This document shows, one piece after another, positions 50,276 through 61,775 of a stretch of 64,000 nucleotides of DNA. The stretch's first letter is position 1. Every line of letters begins with the position of its first letter. The notes under the pieces are model-generated. The model was not told where the DNA came from and made no database searches. It saw only the letters and a list, made by a program, of their open reading frames with translations. The translations under genes were made by a program, and so were the position numbers. This DNA comes from an uncultured candidate division Zixibacteria bacterium (GTDB lineage: Bacteria; Zixibacteria; MSB-5A5; GN15; FEB-12): assembly GCA_963806185.1 (NCBI GenBank), contig CAWDXE010000001.1, forward strand, positions 544,001 through 608,000, given 5' to 3'.

Positions 50276-53200
50276 GCAAGCAGGAAGGGTCACACAACCC
50301 CGGGATTGCCGGAGCGCTGGCCAAATCGTTCATCAATTCCAAGCTCACGCCACTCCTGATACTCGCCTCGGTTCTCCTGGGAGCCATGGCCATCTCCATG
50401 CTGCCACGGGAAGAAGAGCCCCAGATCAAGGTGCCGATGGTTGACGTCATGGTCTCGGTACCGGGGTTTAATGCCAAGGAAGTGGAAGACCGGGTGGCCG
50501 CTCCGATGGAGAAGCTAATCTGGGAAATCCCCGGAGTCGAATACGTATACTCCATTTCAAAACCCGAACAGGCTCTGGTCATTGTACGCTTTCTGGTCGG
50601 CGAGGATATTGAGAAGAGTCTCGTCAAGCTCAACCAGAAGCTGCAATCAAACTTCGACCGGATACCACCAAATGTCTCGTTTCCCCTCCTGAAGGCGCGA
50701 TCAATTGACGATGTGCCGATACTGGCACTGACTTTCCACAGCTCAACCGAGGATCACTTCGCCCTCCGCCGACTGGTGGCCGAAGTAGAAGATCATATCA
50801 AGCAGATCAAGGACGTCTCCGAGACGGCGATCATCGGCGGTCTGCGTCGGCAGTTTCGTATTCAGCTCGATCCCGAGGCATTGGCCTCCCGGCATCTTGA
50901 CCCGGCCCAGATGATCCCAATTCTGCAGCAGGCCAATCGAGAGTCAACGGCCGGGAGTCTGATTCGCAACAATGAAGATGTGTTGGTTGAATCGGGCGGC
51001 TTCTTGAGCACGGTAGAGGATGTTCAAAACGTAGTCCTGGGTGTTCACAGCGGGTCGCCGATATACCTTCGCGACGTGGCAAAAGTGATCGATGGCCCGG
51101 AGGAACTCAATCAGGTTGTGCTCTTCGGGACCGGGCGGGCTGAGGGTGACCAGCGCGAAGAGGATGCGGCGGTCACGCTCTCCATTGCCAAACGTCCGGG
51201 AACCAACGCCATCTCCGTTGCCGACAAGGTACTCGAGAAGATCGAACTGCTGAAGGGGAAGATCATTCCCGGCGACGTTGGTGTGACGATCACCAGACAT
51301 TACGGGGAGACGGCATCGGAAAAATCAAACGAGCTGCTGTTTCACATGCTCATCGCCGTATTGAGTGTCGCGCTGCTGATTCTGCTCAGCCTCGGGTGGC
51401 GTGAGTCGATCATCGTAGCCCTGGCGATACCTTCGACCCTGGCGCTGACATTGCTCGTGTTCTTCCTGACCGGCTTCACTCTCAATCGCATCACTCTCTT
51501 CGCGCTCATATTCTCCATCGGTATCCTCGTCGACGACGCCATAGTAGTGGTTGAGAATATCACTCGTCACCTGCATCTGCCGCATAACAAAGGGCGCACC
51601 TGGACCAAGGTGGCGATTGAGGCGGTTTCCGAGGTCGGCAATCCAACCGTATTGGCGACCTGGGCCGTGATCGCGGCTGTTCTGCCCATGGCGTTCGTCG
51701 GCGGCCTGATGGGGCCGTACATGCGCCCGATTCCGATTGGCGCCACGGCGGCGATGCTTTTTTCCCTGCTCGTAGCCTTCATCGTTACTCCGTGGGCTGC
51801 GGTTCGGGTCCTCGGCTGGGGGAACAAGGGTAAGAAGATCGGCGGCCACGATAGCACCAAGGAAGACCGCAGCACCCGGTTCTACCGCAAGTTCATGGGT
51901 GGGCTCATTCACGACGCAAGGAAACGACGGCTATTTCTCGGTGGCACAATCCTTGCGCTGTTTGCCGCGCTCGGACTTGTGGCCATTGGTTGGGTGCAGG
52001 TAAAGATGCTCCCCTTCGACAACAAGAACGAATTCCAGCTGATCATCAATATGCCCGAAGGGAGCACGCTCGAGCAGACCACCCAGGCGGCGCGTGAAAT
52101 GGCGCAGGCGGTGAGTCGCGAGCCGGAGGTGACCGACTATCAGATTTACGCCGGAGCATCGTCACCATTTAATTTCAACGGCCTGGTGCGCCATTACTTT
52201 ATGCGCAGCGGCGCCAATGTTGCCGACGTTCAGGTCAATTTGCTTCCCAAGGGAGAACGCTCATTCCAGAGTCATGACATTGCCAAGCGAGTGCGTCCGC
52301 GCGTTGCTGAAATCGCTCAGAAATACCGGGCCAGTGTGGCCGTGGCTGAGGTTCCACCCGGTCCCCCCGTGTTGCAGACGCTGGTCGCAGAGATTTACGG
52401 CCCTACCGATTCGGTGCGCACGGCCCTGGCCCGAAAAGTGGAAGAGATATTCAGGACGACGCCAGGGGTCGTGGATGTCGACACGTATGAAGAGGACGAT
52501 CAGCGCGAATTCACCTTTGTCATCGATCATGCCAAGGCGGCGCTCAACGGCATCAGCGCCGCGACCATTGCGCAGACGCTCAAGGTGGCCGTATCAGGCA
52601 TTCAGGTTGATATCGCCCATCAGCCGAACGAACGTGAAGATATCCAGCTAAGGGTTGAATTGCCGCGCGATCAAAAGACGAGACCGAGCGACCTTTTGGG
52701 ATTGTACATACGCATGCCGGGCGAGGTCAATGAAACGCCGACGGTCGTTCCGCTTTCCGAACTGGTGTCGGTGCGGGAGCGCATCGCGGACAAGACGATT
52801 TACCGCAAGAATCTTATGCCGGTGACGTACATCATCGGCGACGTCGCCGGCGAGGTCGAAAGTCCCGTCTATGCCATTTTTGATATGAACAAGAAGCTGG
52901 ACCAACTTGACATGACAGAATTTGGGGGCAGCGAGAAGAAGCTGCAGGTGCTCAATGCCAGCCAGCCGTTTTCGACGCTTGAGCCTTCGCTGAAGTGGGA
53001 TGGCGAGTGGCACATCACCATTGAAGTATTTCGCGATCTCGGTCTGGCTTTCGCCGCCGTGCTCGTCTTGATTTACATCCTGATGGTCGGCTGGTTCCGA
53101 TCGATGCTTACGCCGATTATTGTCATGGCCGCAATCCCGTTCTCCCTGATCGGTATTATGCCGGCTCACGGGATGGCCGGGGCCTTCTTTACGGCGACGT

Positions 53201-53556
53201 CGATGATCGGTTTCATGGCCGGCGCCGGTATTGTCATACGCAATTCCATTATCCTGGTGGATTTTATCGAACTTCGTTTGGCCGAAGGCATGTCGCTGGC
53301 TGATGCGGTGATCGACGCCGGGGCGGTACGGTTTCGGCCGATGCTTCTCACCGCCGGTGCGGTTATCGTAGGCGCCGGGATTATCCTGGCCGATCCGATT
53401 TTTCAGGGACTGGCGATTGCACTGATGGCCGGTGAGGTGGCATCACTCTTGATAAGTAGAGTTGCGGTGCCCATATTATACTATCTTGGTCATCGCCGGC
53501 GGTATGCCGCGTCGGACGCCGCAAAACAGGCCGAGACTGCAGCGGCCGACGTTTGA
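50272..53556 (+). CDS. RND efflux transporter permease (AcrB/CusA superfamily)
   Basis: [39 protein letters not shown]. Confidence 0.93.
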   Translation: MSKQEGSHNPGIAGALAKSFINSKLTPLLILASVLLGAMAISMLPREEEPQIKVPMVDVMVSVPGFNAKEVEDRVAAPMEKLIWEIPGVEYVYSISKPEQALVIVRFLVGEDIEKSLVKLNQKLQSNFDRIPPNVSFPLLKARSIDDVPILALTFHSSTEDHFALRRLVAEVEDHIKQIKDVSETAIIGGLRRQFRIQLDPEALASRHLDPAQMIPILQQANRESTAGSLIRNNEDVLVESGGFLSTVEDVQNVVLGVHSGSPIYLRDVAKVIDGPEELNQVVLFGTGRAEGDQREEDAAVTLSIAKRPGTNAISVADKVLEKIELLKGKIIPGDVGVTITRHYGETASEKSNELLFHMLIAVLSVALLILLSLGWRESIIVALAIPSTLALTLLVFFLTGFTLNRITLFALIFSIGILVDDAIVVVENITRHLHLPHNKGRTWTKVAIEAVSEVGNPTVLATWAVIAAVLPMAFVGGLMGPYMRPIPIGATAAMLFSLLVAFIVTPWAAVRVLGWGNKGKKIGGHDSTKEDRSTRFYRKFMGGLIHDARKRRLFLGGTILALFAALGLVAIGWVQVKMLPFDNKNEFQLIINMPEGSTLEQTTQAAREMAQAVSREPEVTDYQIYAGASSPFNFNGLVRHYFMRSGANVADVQVNLLPKGERSFQSHDIAKRVRPRVAEIAQKYRASVAVAEVPPGPPVLQTLVAEIYGPTDSVRTALARKVEEIFRTTPGVVDVDTYEEDDQREFTFVIDHAKAALNGISAATIAQTLKVAVSGIQVDIAHQPNEREDIQLRVELPRDQKTRPSDLLGLYIRMPGEVNETPTVVPLSELVSVRERIADKTIYRKNLMPVTYIIGDVAGEVESPVYAIFDMNKKLDQLDMTEFGGSEKKLQVLNASQPFSTLEPSLKWDGEWHITIEVFRDLGLAFAAVLVLIYILMVGWFRSMLTPIIVMAAIPFSLIGIMPAHGMAGAFFTATSMIGFMAGAGIVIRNSIILVDFIELRLAEGMSLADAVIDAGAVRFRPMLLTAGAVIVGAGIILADPIFQGLAIALMAGEVASLLISRVAVPILYYLGHRRRYAASDAAKQAETAAADV

Positions 53557-53614
53557 TACGTCCGCGGCATGCAACGTGCAAAGTGATCAACGTTTGATGA
53601 TAAGGAGAGAGATT

Positions 53615-53833
53615 ATGTCTTTGGAACACTCAGTGAGACTAATGGCCGGGATCATGGTCCTGCTGTCGCTGGCGCTCTACTATTTTGTATCGCCGTACTG
53701 GCTTTTCCTGACCCTTTTCGTCGGCCTGAACCTGGTTCAATCGGCTTTTACTAAATGGTGTCTGGCGGAGGAGATCTTCAAGAAGTTGTTCTTTAAGGAT
53801 GCCCCTTCGGCGCGGTCTCGACAGGCGGTCTAG
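53615..53833 (+). CDS. DUF2892/YgaP-like small membrane protein
   Basis: RLMAG..W..LFVGLNLVQSAFTKWC; RBS AAGGAG. Confidence 0.8.
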   Translation: MSLEHSVRLMAGIMVLLSLALYYFVSPYWLFLTLFVGLNLVQSAFTKWCLAEEIFKKLFFKDAPSARSRQAV

Positions 53834-55391
53834 GCGCTTTCCGCTGATAGTAGTAGAATCTGAGCAGACCCGATTGAGAGTCCTTGTAGCGATCGAAGCC
53901 GGGAATGGTATCGACCCTGATGTCGACCACGTGCCCGTCAAACTCCCGTTCAAACCGAGCACTCCCCTGGATTTCCCATTCGGATAGAAACCAGGGCCGG
54001 TGCATCTGCGCGCCATTGGCGGGTCCGGCGATGATGTAATCGGGTCGGCGATTCAAAATATAGATGCCGTACCCTTTCGTATGTCCCGGCACGAACTGCC
54101 AGTATCCCTTCCTGGGAGTTGGGTTTCGGCGAGCGATCGTGGTATCGTTGAGTCCGAGCATATCGATGTACCGATTCTGCGGCGCAAAAAACGGCGTCGA
54201 TCCGGCGGTGTTCAGCGCAATCAAACTGCCAGCCGGCCAGTTGGCCGTGATGTAGTCGGCGATGATCTTCCCGTGAAACGCAGCGCCGTCCATCTCCTTC
54301 GCCTGGGCTGTTTCCGCTGACGGATAGATGAGCGGCGCCGCCGAAAGCAACATCAACCCCCCAACTATGGCGTACCCCGCCCTACGTACGGTTTCCCATC
54401 GCAGGACCTCGCGAACACCAATTGCCACGAAGAGTGCCATCGTCGGCACGACAGTCACAAAATAGCGACTGGCCGGCATATGGTCTCCCCCAACGGCCAC
54501 GATGTACGCGATGTAGATAATCGTCGCCGATCCGAGGAAAGCTAACATCGGCGTCCAGGCACGGCGGAGGCTGATCACGACAGCCGCTCCCAGCGCCAGG
54601 AGTGGCAAATAGGGAACCCACATTGCAAAATTGAGAAGGTAATACTTCCCCACTATGTAGGAGACTTCGGACATCTCGCCTTTCACGTAATACGTATTCG
54701 GGAAAAAGCCACGATAGTACGCCGTTCTCCAGACGAAGTAGGGTAAGAATACCAACAGAAATGGTGAGCCGAGAAGTACCAGCCGATCAAATTCGATCTT
54801 TCTTACGAGCACCAGAATCACGAGGAAGATGGCGGCAATAGCGAAGAACAAGATTCCGTCCGGTCTGGTCATTGCTGCAAGAGCAAAGAGCACCGACGCG
54901 ACCGCAGTCAATCGTCGACTTCCGGACAAGGAATAGCCAAACAACCAAGTTGCGGCGGTTATCAGGGCGGCGAAGAGAGTGGTCTCCAGTCCTCCAACTG
55001 ACCAAATAATCGACGGCAATGCGGTGATCGTGAGAACGAAGGGAATCACCATCGGCAGTTCATTGTCGTTGTTGCGAAAGTACCGATACGAAAACAACAG
55101 GACAAATAACGAGAGAAGGGCAAAGGCCTTGATTCCGATAATCCTGGTCGCCGTAACCAGGCCGAAACCCAGCTTGGCGCACAGGCTGACCAGCATGATG
55201 AAGAGGAAGTTGCTGTACCCTTCGACCTTCTCACCAGGATTCCAGACCAGCCCCTTGCCATCGAGAAAGTTCATGGCATAGCGAAGCGAAATGTAGGCGT
55301 CGTCGTGATAAAACCCGGAATATTGAGTATAGCCGATCACCGCAATGATGATGGCAATGAGGATGATGCCGATAACGAAGGTTCGCTTCAC
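53793..55391 (-). CDS. Polytopic GT-C-type glycosyltransferase
   Basis: DDAYISLRYA..G.GLVWNPGEKVEGYS, GLET, TRPDG, PNTYYVK, IDMLGLND. Confidence 0.75.
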   Translation of the reverse strand: MKRTFVIGIILIAIIIAVIGYTQYSGFYHDDAYISLRYAMNFLDGKGLVWNPGEKVEGYSNFLFIMLVSLCAKLGFGLVTATRIIGIKAFALLSLFVLLFSYRYFRNNDNELPMVIPFVLTITALPSIIWSVGGLETTLFAALITAATWLFGYSLSGSRRLTAVASVLFALAAMTRPDGILFFAIAAIFLVILVLVRKIEFDRLVLLGSPFLLVFLPYFVWRTAYYRGFFPNTYYVKGEMSEVSYIVGKYYLLNFAMWVPYLPLLALGAAVVISLRRAWTPMLAFLGSATIIYIAYIVAVGGDHMPASRYFVTVVPTMALFVAIGVREVLRWETVRRAGYAIVGGLMLLSAAPLIYPSAETAQAKEMDGAAFHGKIIADYITANWPAGSLIALNTAGSTPFFAPQNRYIDMLGLNDTTIARRNPTPRKGYWQFVPGHTKGYGIYILNRRPDYIIAGPANGAQMHRPWFLSEWEIQGSARFEREFDGHVVDIRVDTIPGFDRYKDSQSGLLRFYYYQRKAPRPPVETAPKGHP

Positions 55392-55412
55392 AAGTGTCTC
55401 ATCCTGCCGTCG

Positions 55413-56891
55413 TTATCCCTTGACGACTCCCACTGGGCGGAATCGCGCGACTTTTAGCGCGATACCGGCGCTATGCGTGATTGCAATGACTTCGTCGATA
55501 TTTTTGTATACCCCCGGCGCCTCTTCGGAAATGCCCCGTTTGCTGGCGGCGCGAAGGTAAATGTCCTTTTCCTTCATTTGCTCGATGACCCGATCAACCG
55601 GGAACTGCCGCGTCGCCTGTGTGCGCGACATGCGCCGCCCCGCACCGTGACACGATGAGCCAAAGGTCTCCTTCATGGCGCGATCCGTGCCTACCAGCAG
55701 GTAACTTGCCGAACCCATATCACCGGGAATCAGTACCGGCTGGCCGACCGCACGATACCGCTCGGGGATTTGCGGATGGCCCGGTCCGAAAGCACGCGTA
55801 GCCCCCTTGCGATGCACGAACACCAGACGTTTCTTGCCGTCGATCTCGTGCTGCTCCAGTTTCGCCATGTTGTGTGCAATGTCATAGACAATATGCAGGC
55901 CCAAGCGCGGGGCCGACTGGCCCAACACCTGTTCGAAAGACTGCCGCACCCAGTGGGTGATCATCTGGCGATTGGCCCAGGCAAAATTGGCGGCACATTT
56001 CATGGCGGCAAAATACTCCTGTGCCTCGGTCGAATTCGCCGGAGCGCATGATAACTCCCGGTCCACCAACGGGATATTGTATTTCTTGTTGGCGCGAAGC
56101 ATGACGTCGAGATAGTCGGTGCAGATCTGGTGCCCACATCCGCGCGAACCAGTGTGCATCATCACCACGATTTGATCGGGCTCGGTAATACCAAAAGCTC
56201 TGGCCGCTTCAGGGTGATAGATCTGATCGACTCGCTGGATTTCAAGAAAGTGGTTGCCCGCCCCGAGACTACCGAGCTGTGGGCCGCCCCGCTTCTTGGC
56301 ATTGTCGCTCACCAAGTCGGGATCGGCGCCGTCGATACACCCGCTCTCTTCCATGACAGTCAGGTCTTCCTGCCAGCCATACTCTCTGTCCACTGCCCAG
56401 CGCGCCCCCTGAGTGAGCACCTGGTCGATCTCCGACCGGGAGACGCGTACTTTGCCTTCGGAACCGACGCCGGAGGGGACGTTGGCAAACAGGGAGTCGA
56501 TCAATTGGGGAATGTGTCCCTTCAGCTCGGGAAACGACAGATTGCTCCGGAGCAATCGAACGCCGCAGTTAATATCGTAGCCGACACCACCCGGGGAGAT
56601 CACGCCGTGCTGAGCGTCGAACGCAGCCACGCCGCCAATCGGGAAACCGTACCCGTGATGGATGTCTGGCATGGCGATGGAATGACCGATGATGCCCGGC
56701 AGTGTCGCGACATTGGCGACCTGGTCGGGAGAGTCGTCGGCGGCAATAGCACGGAACATTTCCCGATCAGTATAGATCAGACCGGGAACGCGCATTTTCA
56801 GATTCTGCCGCTTCATAGCTTCCGTTTGGTAGCTGGGGGGAATCTCAAAGCGATAAGCGTCGATTTCCCTGACTGGTCCGGTGTATGCCAT
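55413..56891 (-). CDS. rtcB: RNA ligase RtcB
   Basis: MPDIHHGYGFPIG, VGYDINCG, LGSLGAGNHFLE, HTGSRG, HRKGATR, SSCHGAGR, EEAPGVYK. Upstream TTGACG-N16-TATCTT-N7-ATG. Confidence 0.95.
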   Translation of the reverse strand: MAYTGPVREIDAYRFEIPPSYQTEAMKRQNLKMRVPGLIYTDREMFRAIAADDSPDQVANVATLPGIIGHSIAMPDIHHGYGFPIGGVAAFDAQHGVISPGGVGYDINCGVRLLRSNLSFPELKGHIPQLIDSLFANVPSGVGSEGKVRVSRSEIDQVLTQGARWAVDREYGWQEDLTVMEESGCIDGADPDLVSDNAKKRGGPQLGSLGAGNHFLEIQRVDQIYHPEAARAFGITEPDQIVVMMHTGSRGCGHQICTDYLDVMLRANKKYNIPLVDRELSCAPANSTEAQEYFAAMKCAANFAWANRQMITHWVRQSFEQVLGQSAPRLGLHIVYDIAHNMAKLEQHEIDGKKRLVFVHRKGATRAFGPGHPQIPERYRAVGQPVLIPGDMGSASYLLVGTDRAMKETFGSSCHGAGRRMSRTQATRQFPVDRVIEQMKEKDIYLRAASKRGISEEAPGVYKNIDEVIAITHSAGIALKVARFRPVGVVKG

Positions 56892-56988
56892 GAGCGATAA
56901 GATAGAGGTTTCGCACCGGTCGTCAAGCAAAGCGATTCGACTTGATGCCGACTGTGCAGTCCATTATCTTGACGTGGGAGAATCCTTC

Positions 56989-58080
56989 ATGCCAACCGCG
57001 GCCATTTTGTTGTCACGCCAGCCCAAGCATCCTCACGGGGGCCTGCCATGGGTCAGGAATACAGTTGCAGCAGTTGTATCGGCCGGGACACGTGGATACA
57101 CCGTCCTCACATCGACCGGCATGAACACCTGGGAGTTGGTGCTGGCGGCAGCTCACGCCAACGGTTTCCCAGTGGAACTGCTCATCGCGACAATCGACGG
57201 AGAGGATCGCACCGGCATGTCGGCCGACATAATGGAGCAGTTTGAACTCTCAGCATCGCTGACGAAGTTCACCTTCCTGGATTCGCGTACTGGGATCAGC
57301 ACACCTCAAGGTGAGCGCGATCAGACGATAGTTGCTGTGGCAGACTTACTCCTCCCGGTGTCGATACGCCCCGGCGGTCGGATGGAGTCACTACTTATCG
57401 AGTCGGAAAGAAAGGGAAAGGCGGTCGACCGAACATATCAAGTTCCTTATGAATCGCGTCACGACCGACTGGCCTATGCCGTTTCGACGACGGCCCTGCG
57501 GCACTCGGCAGTCGAAGCGGGAGCTGACTTCTTGATCCACTGGACGCGCACCGCCAGTTCTCGATGGCCGGACGAGCTTGCGATTGACTTTTATCGAGCG
57601 GTGATTGAATCCGAAGTCTACCCGCGTTCGGTCTTCCACACGCTGACGCACATACTGACGACGCGACACCTGTCAGCGTCACGCCGACACATGCCGCGCA
57701 ATATTGCGACCGTCTCATTCACGGGGTTAACTGTGGCCGAGTCGCTCCCGCTCATGCGCTGGCGAGCGAAGTACGCAGAGATGTCGTTTGAGCCGTACGG
57801 GATCGGCATCAGGCGTGATGCGGCCCGGCAGATTGGCATCTACCCGTTGCAGTACTATGATCCGACTGTCGCGTTTACTGCCTGCCATGTCGAGCCATGG
57901 CTGACACAGTCTATCGGCGCCAAAACCGACTGGCGGCAGGAGCGCGAATTTCGTCACAAAGGGGATCTGAACTTGAAATCAGTGTCGAACGACAAGCTGA
58001 TTGCTTTCTGCCCAACCCAAAAAGAAGCGGCCATGCTGGAAGGCATGGCCGGTATCCCAACAATCGCCCTGTTTGGGTGA
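56989..58080 (+). CDS. Hypothetical protein: SLOG/DprA-like N-domain + ADP-ribosyltransferase-like C-domain
   Basis: ERDQTIVAVADLLLPVSIRPGG; LIHWTR..ILTT..VSFT..PYGIG..W.QEREFR. Promoter TTGATG-N17-TATCTT and RBS GGAG. Confidence 0.55.
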   Translation: MPTAAILLSRQPKHPHGGLPWVRNTVAAVVSAGTRGYTVLTSTGMNTWELVLAAAHANGFPVELLIATIDGEDRTGMSADIMEQFELSASLTKFTFLDSRTGISTPQGERDQTIVAVADLLLPVSIRPGGRMESLLIESERKGKAVDRTYQVPYESRHDRLAYAVSTTALRHSAVEAGADFLIHWTRTASSRWPDELAIDFYRAVIESEVYPRSVFHTLTHILTTRHLSASRRHMPRNIATVSFTGLTVAESLPLMRWRAKYAEMSFEPYGIGIRRDAARQIGIYPLQYYDPTVAFTACHVEPWLTQSIGAKTDWRQEREFRHKGDLNLKSVSNDKLIAFCPTQKEAAMLEGMAGIPTIALFG

Positions 58081-58081
58081 C

Positions 58082-61028
58082 TTACTTCAACAATAGCATC
58101 TTTCGAGTCTCCGACAAGTCGCCGGCCGTCACCCGATACAGGTAGATGCCCGACGAGCAGCCCGTGGCATTCCAGAGCACAGACACCCTGCCCGCGCTCG
58201 CTCTCCCCTTCTCTTCAAAGACCGACTGGCCAAGCACGTTGAACACAGAGACCGTATAGTCGCTTACCCGGGGGAGATCAAAGGCTATGGTCGTGCTGGG
58301 ATTGAACGGGTTGGGGTAGTTCTGATACACGGCAAACCTGGACGGCAGAGACGGTTCGTCGGTACCGTCAACATCAGTCGGAACGGCGGTGGCACGATTG
58401 GCGGCGGCGATGATGTCACTTTCAGTATTTCCAGCCAGTATGGCAAAGCTGACCGTGTCAACCGCATTTGGCGCGAGGCTAATCGGCCCGGCAGACACAA
58501 CCTGCACGATATCGGTGGCGGCACCTAGTTGGGTCGTACGCGGTTCCAAAACCATCTGTGAGAGCCGCATACTTTTCATCAGTTGTGAAGCCGTTGGCGC
58601 CCGCACTCCAGAAAGGAATCCACGTTTCTGACGGACCCTGAACGGTCCAAGCGGAAGCCCAATCGCCTTCCACGACACGGACACCGCGGAAGTCGGAACG
58701 AGTACCGGAAGCATTCTGGCAGTCCACGCGACATGGTTGGCTGCGTCGTAGTAGCCGCAATGGCGGACCCGCATTCATAACCGGCGTCTCCCAGTCGAGA
58801 TATAGACCGACGTACATGGCGCTTATCGAACTGCCGCTGATGTTCTTGACAATGTAGCGAAGTGTAATGAAATCGTCATTCGGCGCCGCTTGACCAAAAG
58901 TTTCCTGGGTCACTTCGACTCCTATAGGAAACGCGCTGCCGTCATCGGTGAACTTCGAAGTTGTCTGAATCAAAGTCCCGAACGTGTCGGCTCGAATATT
59001 GCCTCCAGCTACAGGCGCGAAATCGCGATCAGGCTCCAAACTGATGCTGTGCACAACGCTCGACACTTGACCAAATCCAGTACCGATGAGCAGTCCCCCC
59101 TCCAACAACTGGTTGCTGGACCCATTGAATCTGAAACCCACACCACCCGAAGGAAACCCAAGCGTATTTGGTCCGATACCTACTACGCCCCAATTGGTGA
59201 TCGTGAGCTGCACCTTGCCCGTGCTGTGCGTGTAGAGCTGGCGCGTCACCTTCGGGGAGACGACTACGGACAGGACTGTAGATACGTCGCCGAAATCTGT
59301 CCCCGAAATCAGCACATTCATCGGCAGGACGGCGCCCTCCTTGGCCGACGAATCGACGACTACTTTAATGATATCGAGCGCCTTGCCGGTATCCAGCGCC
59401 GTGATCGTCCCAAACGACGCCGCACCGTCGATGACGGTCAACTGCGGGTCGGCCGACTGGATATTGAGCGTCACATTGCTGCCGGTCGCATTGCCTGTAT
59501 TCTGCAGCACCACGTACCCGGTAAGAGTGTCACCCGGGCCGGCTTGACTTGCCACGAGATCGTATACGCGGAGTAATGGCGAGGCGGCCGGTGACGGCAG
59601 GGCGGCCAGAGCTGCAACGCAGTCAATTTGTCCCCAACCATAGTCGTTGTTGGGCAGGGCTCCCCAGGTTGATCCCGGTGCAGCCGCTGCCGTATTGAGT
59701 ATGGCGGTCTTAATCTGTGCCGGAGTTGCATTGGGATTTTTCTGCCGCATCAGTGCCACCAGGCCGGAGACATGCGGAGCCGCCATTGACGTACCCGATA
59801 ATACGCCAGTCGCGTTAGGTGGATATGTTGAGATAATGTTGAAACCCGGGGCAACCACGTTTGGCTTTACCATGCCCGGCTGGCAAGATGACGGACCACG
59901 GGACGACGATCCGCTAAGTACCGGCGGACTGACTGTGGAATTGAGATTGCCCACTGCAAAACAATCGATGGTGCTGAGCGCCCGCTCGGCCGGATTGCGC
60001 GGGCCGGTAAAGCCTTCATTACCTACGGCGAAAACATTGACAATTCCGAGCGCTTCGGTGTTGTCAATCGCCTCGTAATATATGTCCATGCATTCGAACT
60101 TCTGGAACCCCCAACTGTGGTTGATCACGTCGGGCATATCTTCTACGGTCGACGGATTCCCGTCCGGATCAGCCGCCCATTCAAAGGCGTCCAGTATTGA
60201 CGCTTCGACGTCGACCACACCGGCCGAGATCCATTTGGCACCCGGGGCTACACATAGCGTATCGCCGGTGGCGGGGTTGCGCCCTACCATAATACCCATG
60301 GTGTGCGTGCCATGGTTGCGGGAGCTAGGGTCAACTGACGAAATCAGATGTGGGTATTTCAATTTATCGATCGGGTCAAACCAGGCGGCGGCCGAGTCAC
60401 CGTCGGTCCCCTTCCACGTACCGCTCAGCCCGGCGTTTGTGCCTTCAACGCCGGAGTCAAAAGAACAGACTACTCTTCCCCGACCGGTATATCCCAGCAA
60501 CCAAGCGAGATTGGCCTTGATGTAGGTGATATTGCTCGCTACGCCAGCCGCGCCCGGGGGCAAGTCACGGCTACTGGATTCTTCCACCGGAGCAATGAGG
60601 GTCGGGCGCGGGATCGTTGTCACCAGTTCTACATCGGGGCGCGCCGCCAGGGCGAGCAGTTCACTCACCGGGACTTCTGCTTCCACGACGTTGGCAATCC
60701 AGTGCCCCTTGGGCGGATGAGTCGCCCTGCGGTTTCCGAGCGAGGAGAGTTCATCCAGCAGGCGTGTCTGCGCCATCCGGCTGTTATCGCGCAGCGCTTG
60801 AATGGTCGCCCGGTGCCGGGTAGCCGGGGGGAGTGTTTGGTCGGCAGCTATGCCTCTCGCATCCGTACGAATTTTGGGCGGCGTCACCTTGATCCAGACT
60901 CGGACCAGACTGGTGTCGGACAGACTTTGGACCCGCGCCAAAAGGTCGGAAGAGAGTTCCCCCGCCACGCCGGCTGTCGCCAGGCTGAGCGAGATTGCAG
61001 CGACTAAACAACAGATAGTTCTTCTCAT
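58082..61028 (-). CDS. Secreted S8 subtilisin-like serine protease with C-terminal secretion-tail Ig domain; about 3 apparent frameshifts at 58500-58770
   Basis: Signal peptide and propeptide; triad FDSG / HGTHTMG / GTSMAAPHV; tail QNYPNPFNPSTTIAFDLP..SGIYLYR..RKMLLLK in ORF 58082..58774. Confidence 0.85.
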
Positions 61029-61249
61029 ATGCGTGCCAATCAAAGAGGGACGATTATTTCGCGGTTTTTGATCAATGCCGGCCCTTTTGGGCCGGTTCTG
61101 CGTTTCGAGCGGCCATCTATCGGCCAACAACCTTGTACCTATTGTCGGCGCTCGACCACCCCGTTCTTGAGTCAACTCGAAGACTTGTCATCTTCGGGAA
61201 AACCACCTACCTTCGGTGGCGTGAATAATATACAACAATTCGAGAATAA

Positions 61250-61771
61250 GTGAGTACTCCGTTCGATTCCCTCAGCCGCGAGCAGTTGCTGGAGGTTCTT
61301 GGCGATTTCGCCCGCAACTGGCTGGCCCACGACGGACTCTGGTTTCAGACCGTGGAAAACCGCCTGGGCATGGAAGCGGCCATCGACCTTGATGCCAAAG
61401 CCTGGGAGCAGTTTACGGTCATCGAGGCTCAGCGCATCATGAAACGCCACGATATCCCCTTTCGCTCCGGATTAGATGGATTGAAACGCGCCCTGGGGTA
61501 TCGACTTTATGCGATGCTCAACACTCAGGAAATCCGGAATGAAAAGGCTCATTCGTTTGATTTCTTCATGGTTGATTGTCGCGTTCAATCAGCCCGCAAG
61601 AGAAAGGGTTTACCCCTTTTCCCCTGCAAGTCGGTCGGCATTGTCGAGTACACCGGCTTTGCCAGGGCAATCGACGATCGCATTGTGACGGAATGTATCT
61701 GTTGCCCGCCCGATGATCAGGCGGGCCGAGAGTTTTATTGTGGCTGGCGCTTTTCGCTGGCCGACCAGTAA
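61250..61771 (+). CDS. DUF6125-like protein
   Basis: NWLAHDGLWFQ, DCRVQSARKRKG..FPCK, CICCPPD..YCGWRF. Confidence 0.7.
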   Translation: MSTPFDSLSREQLLEVLGDFARNWLAHDGLWFQTVENRLGMEAAIDLDAKAWEQFTVIEAQRIMKRHDIPFRSGLDGLKRALGYRLYAMLNTQEIRNEKAHSFDFFMVDCRVQSARKRKGLPLFPCKSVGIVEYTGFARAIDDRIVTECICCPPDDQAGREFYCGWRFSLADQ

Positions 61772-61775
61772 CCGC

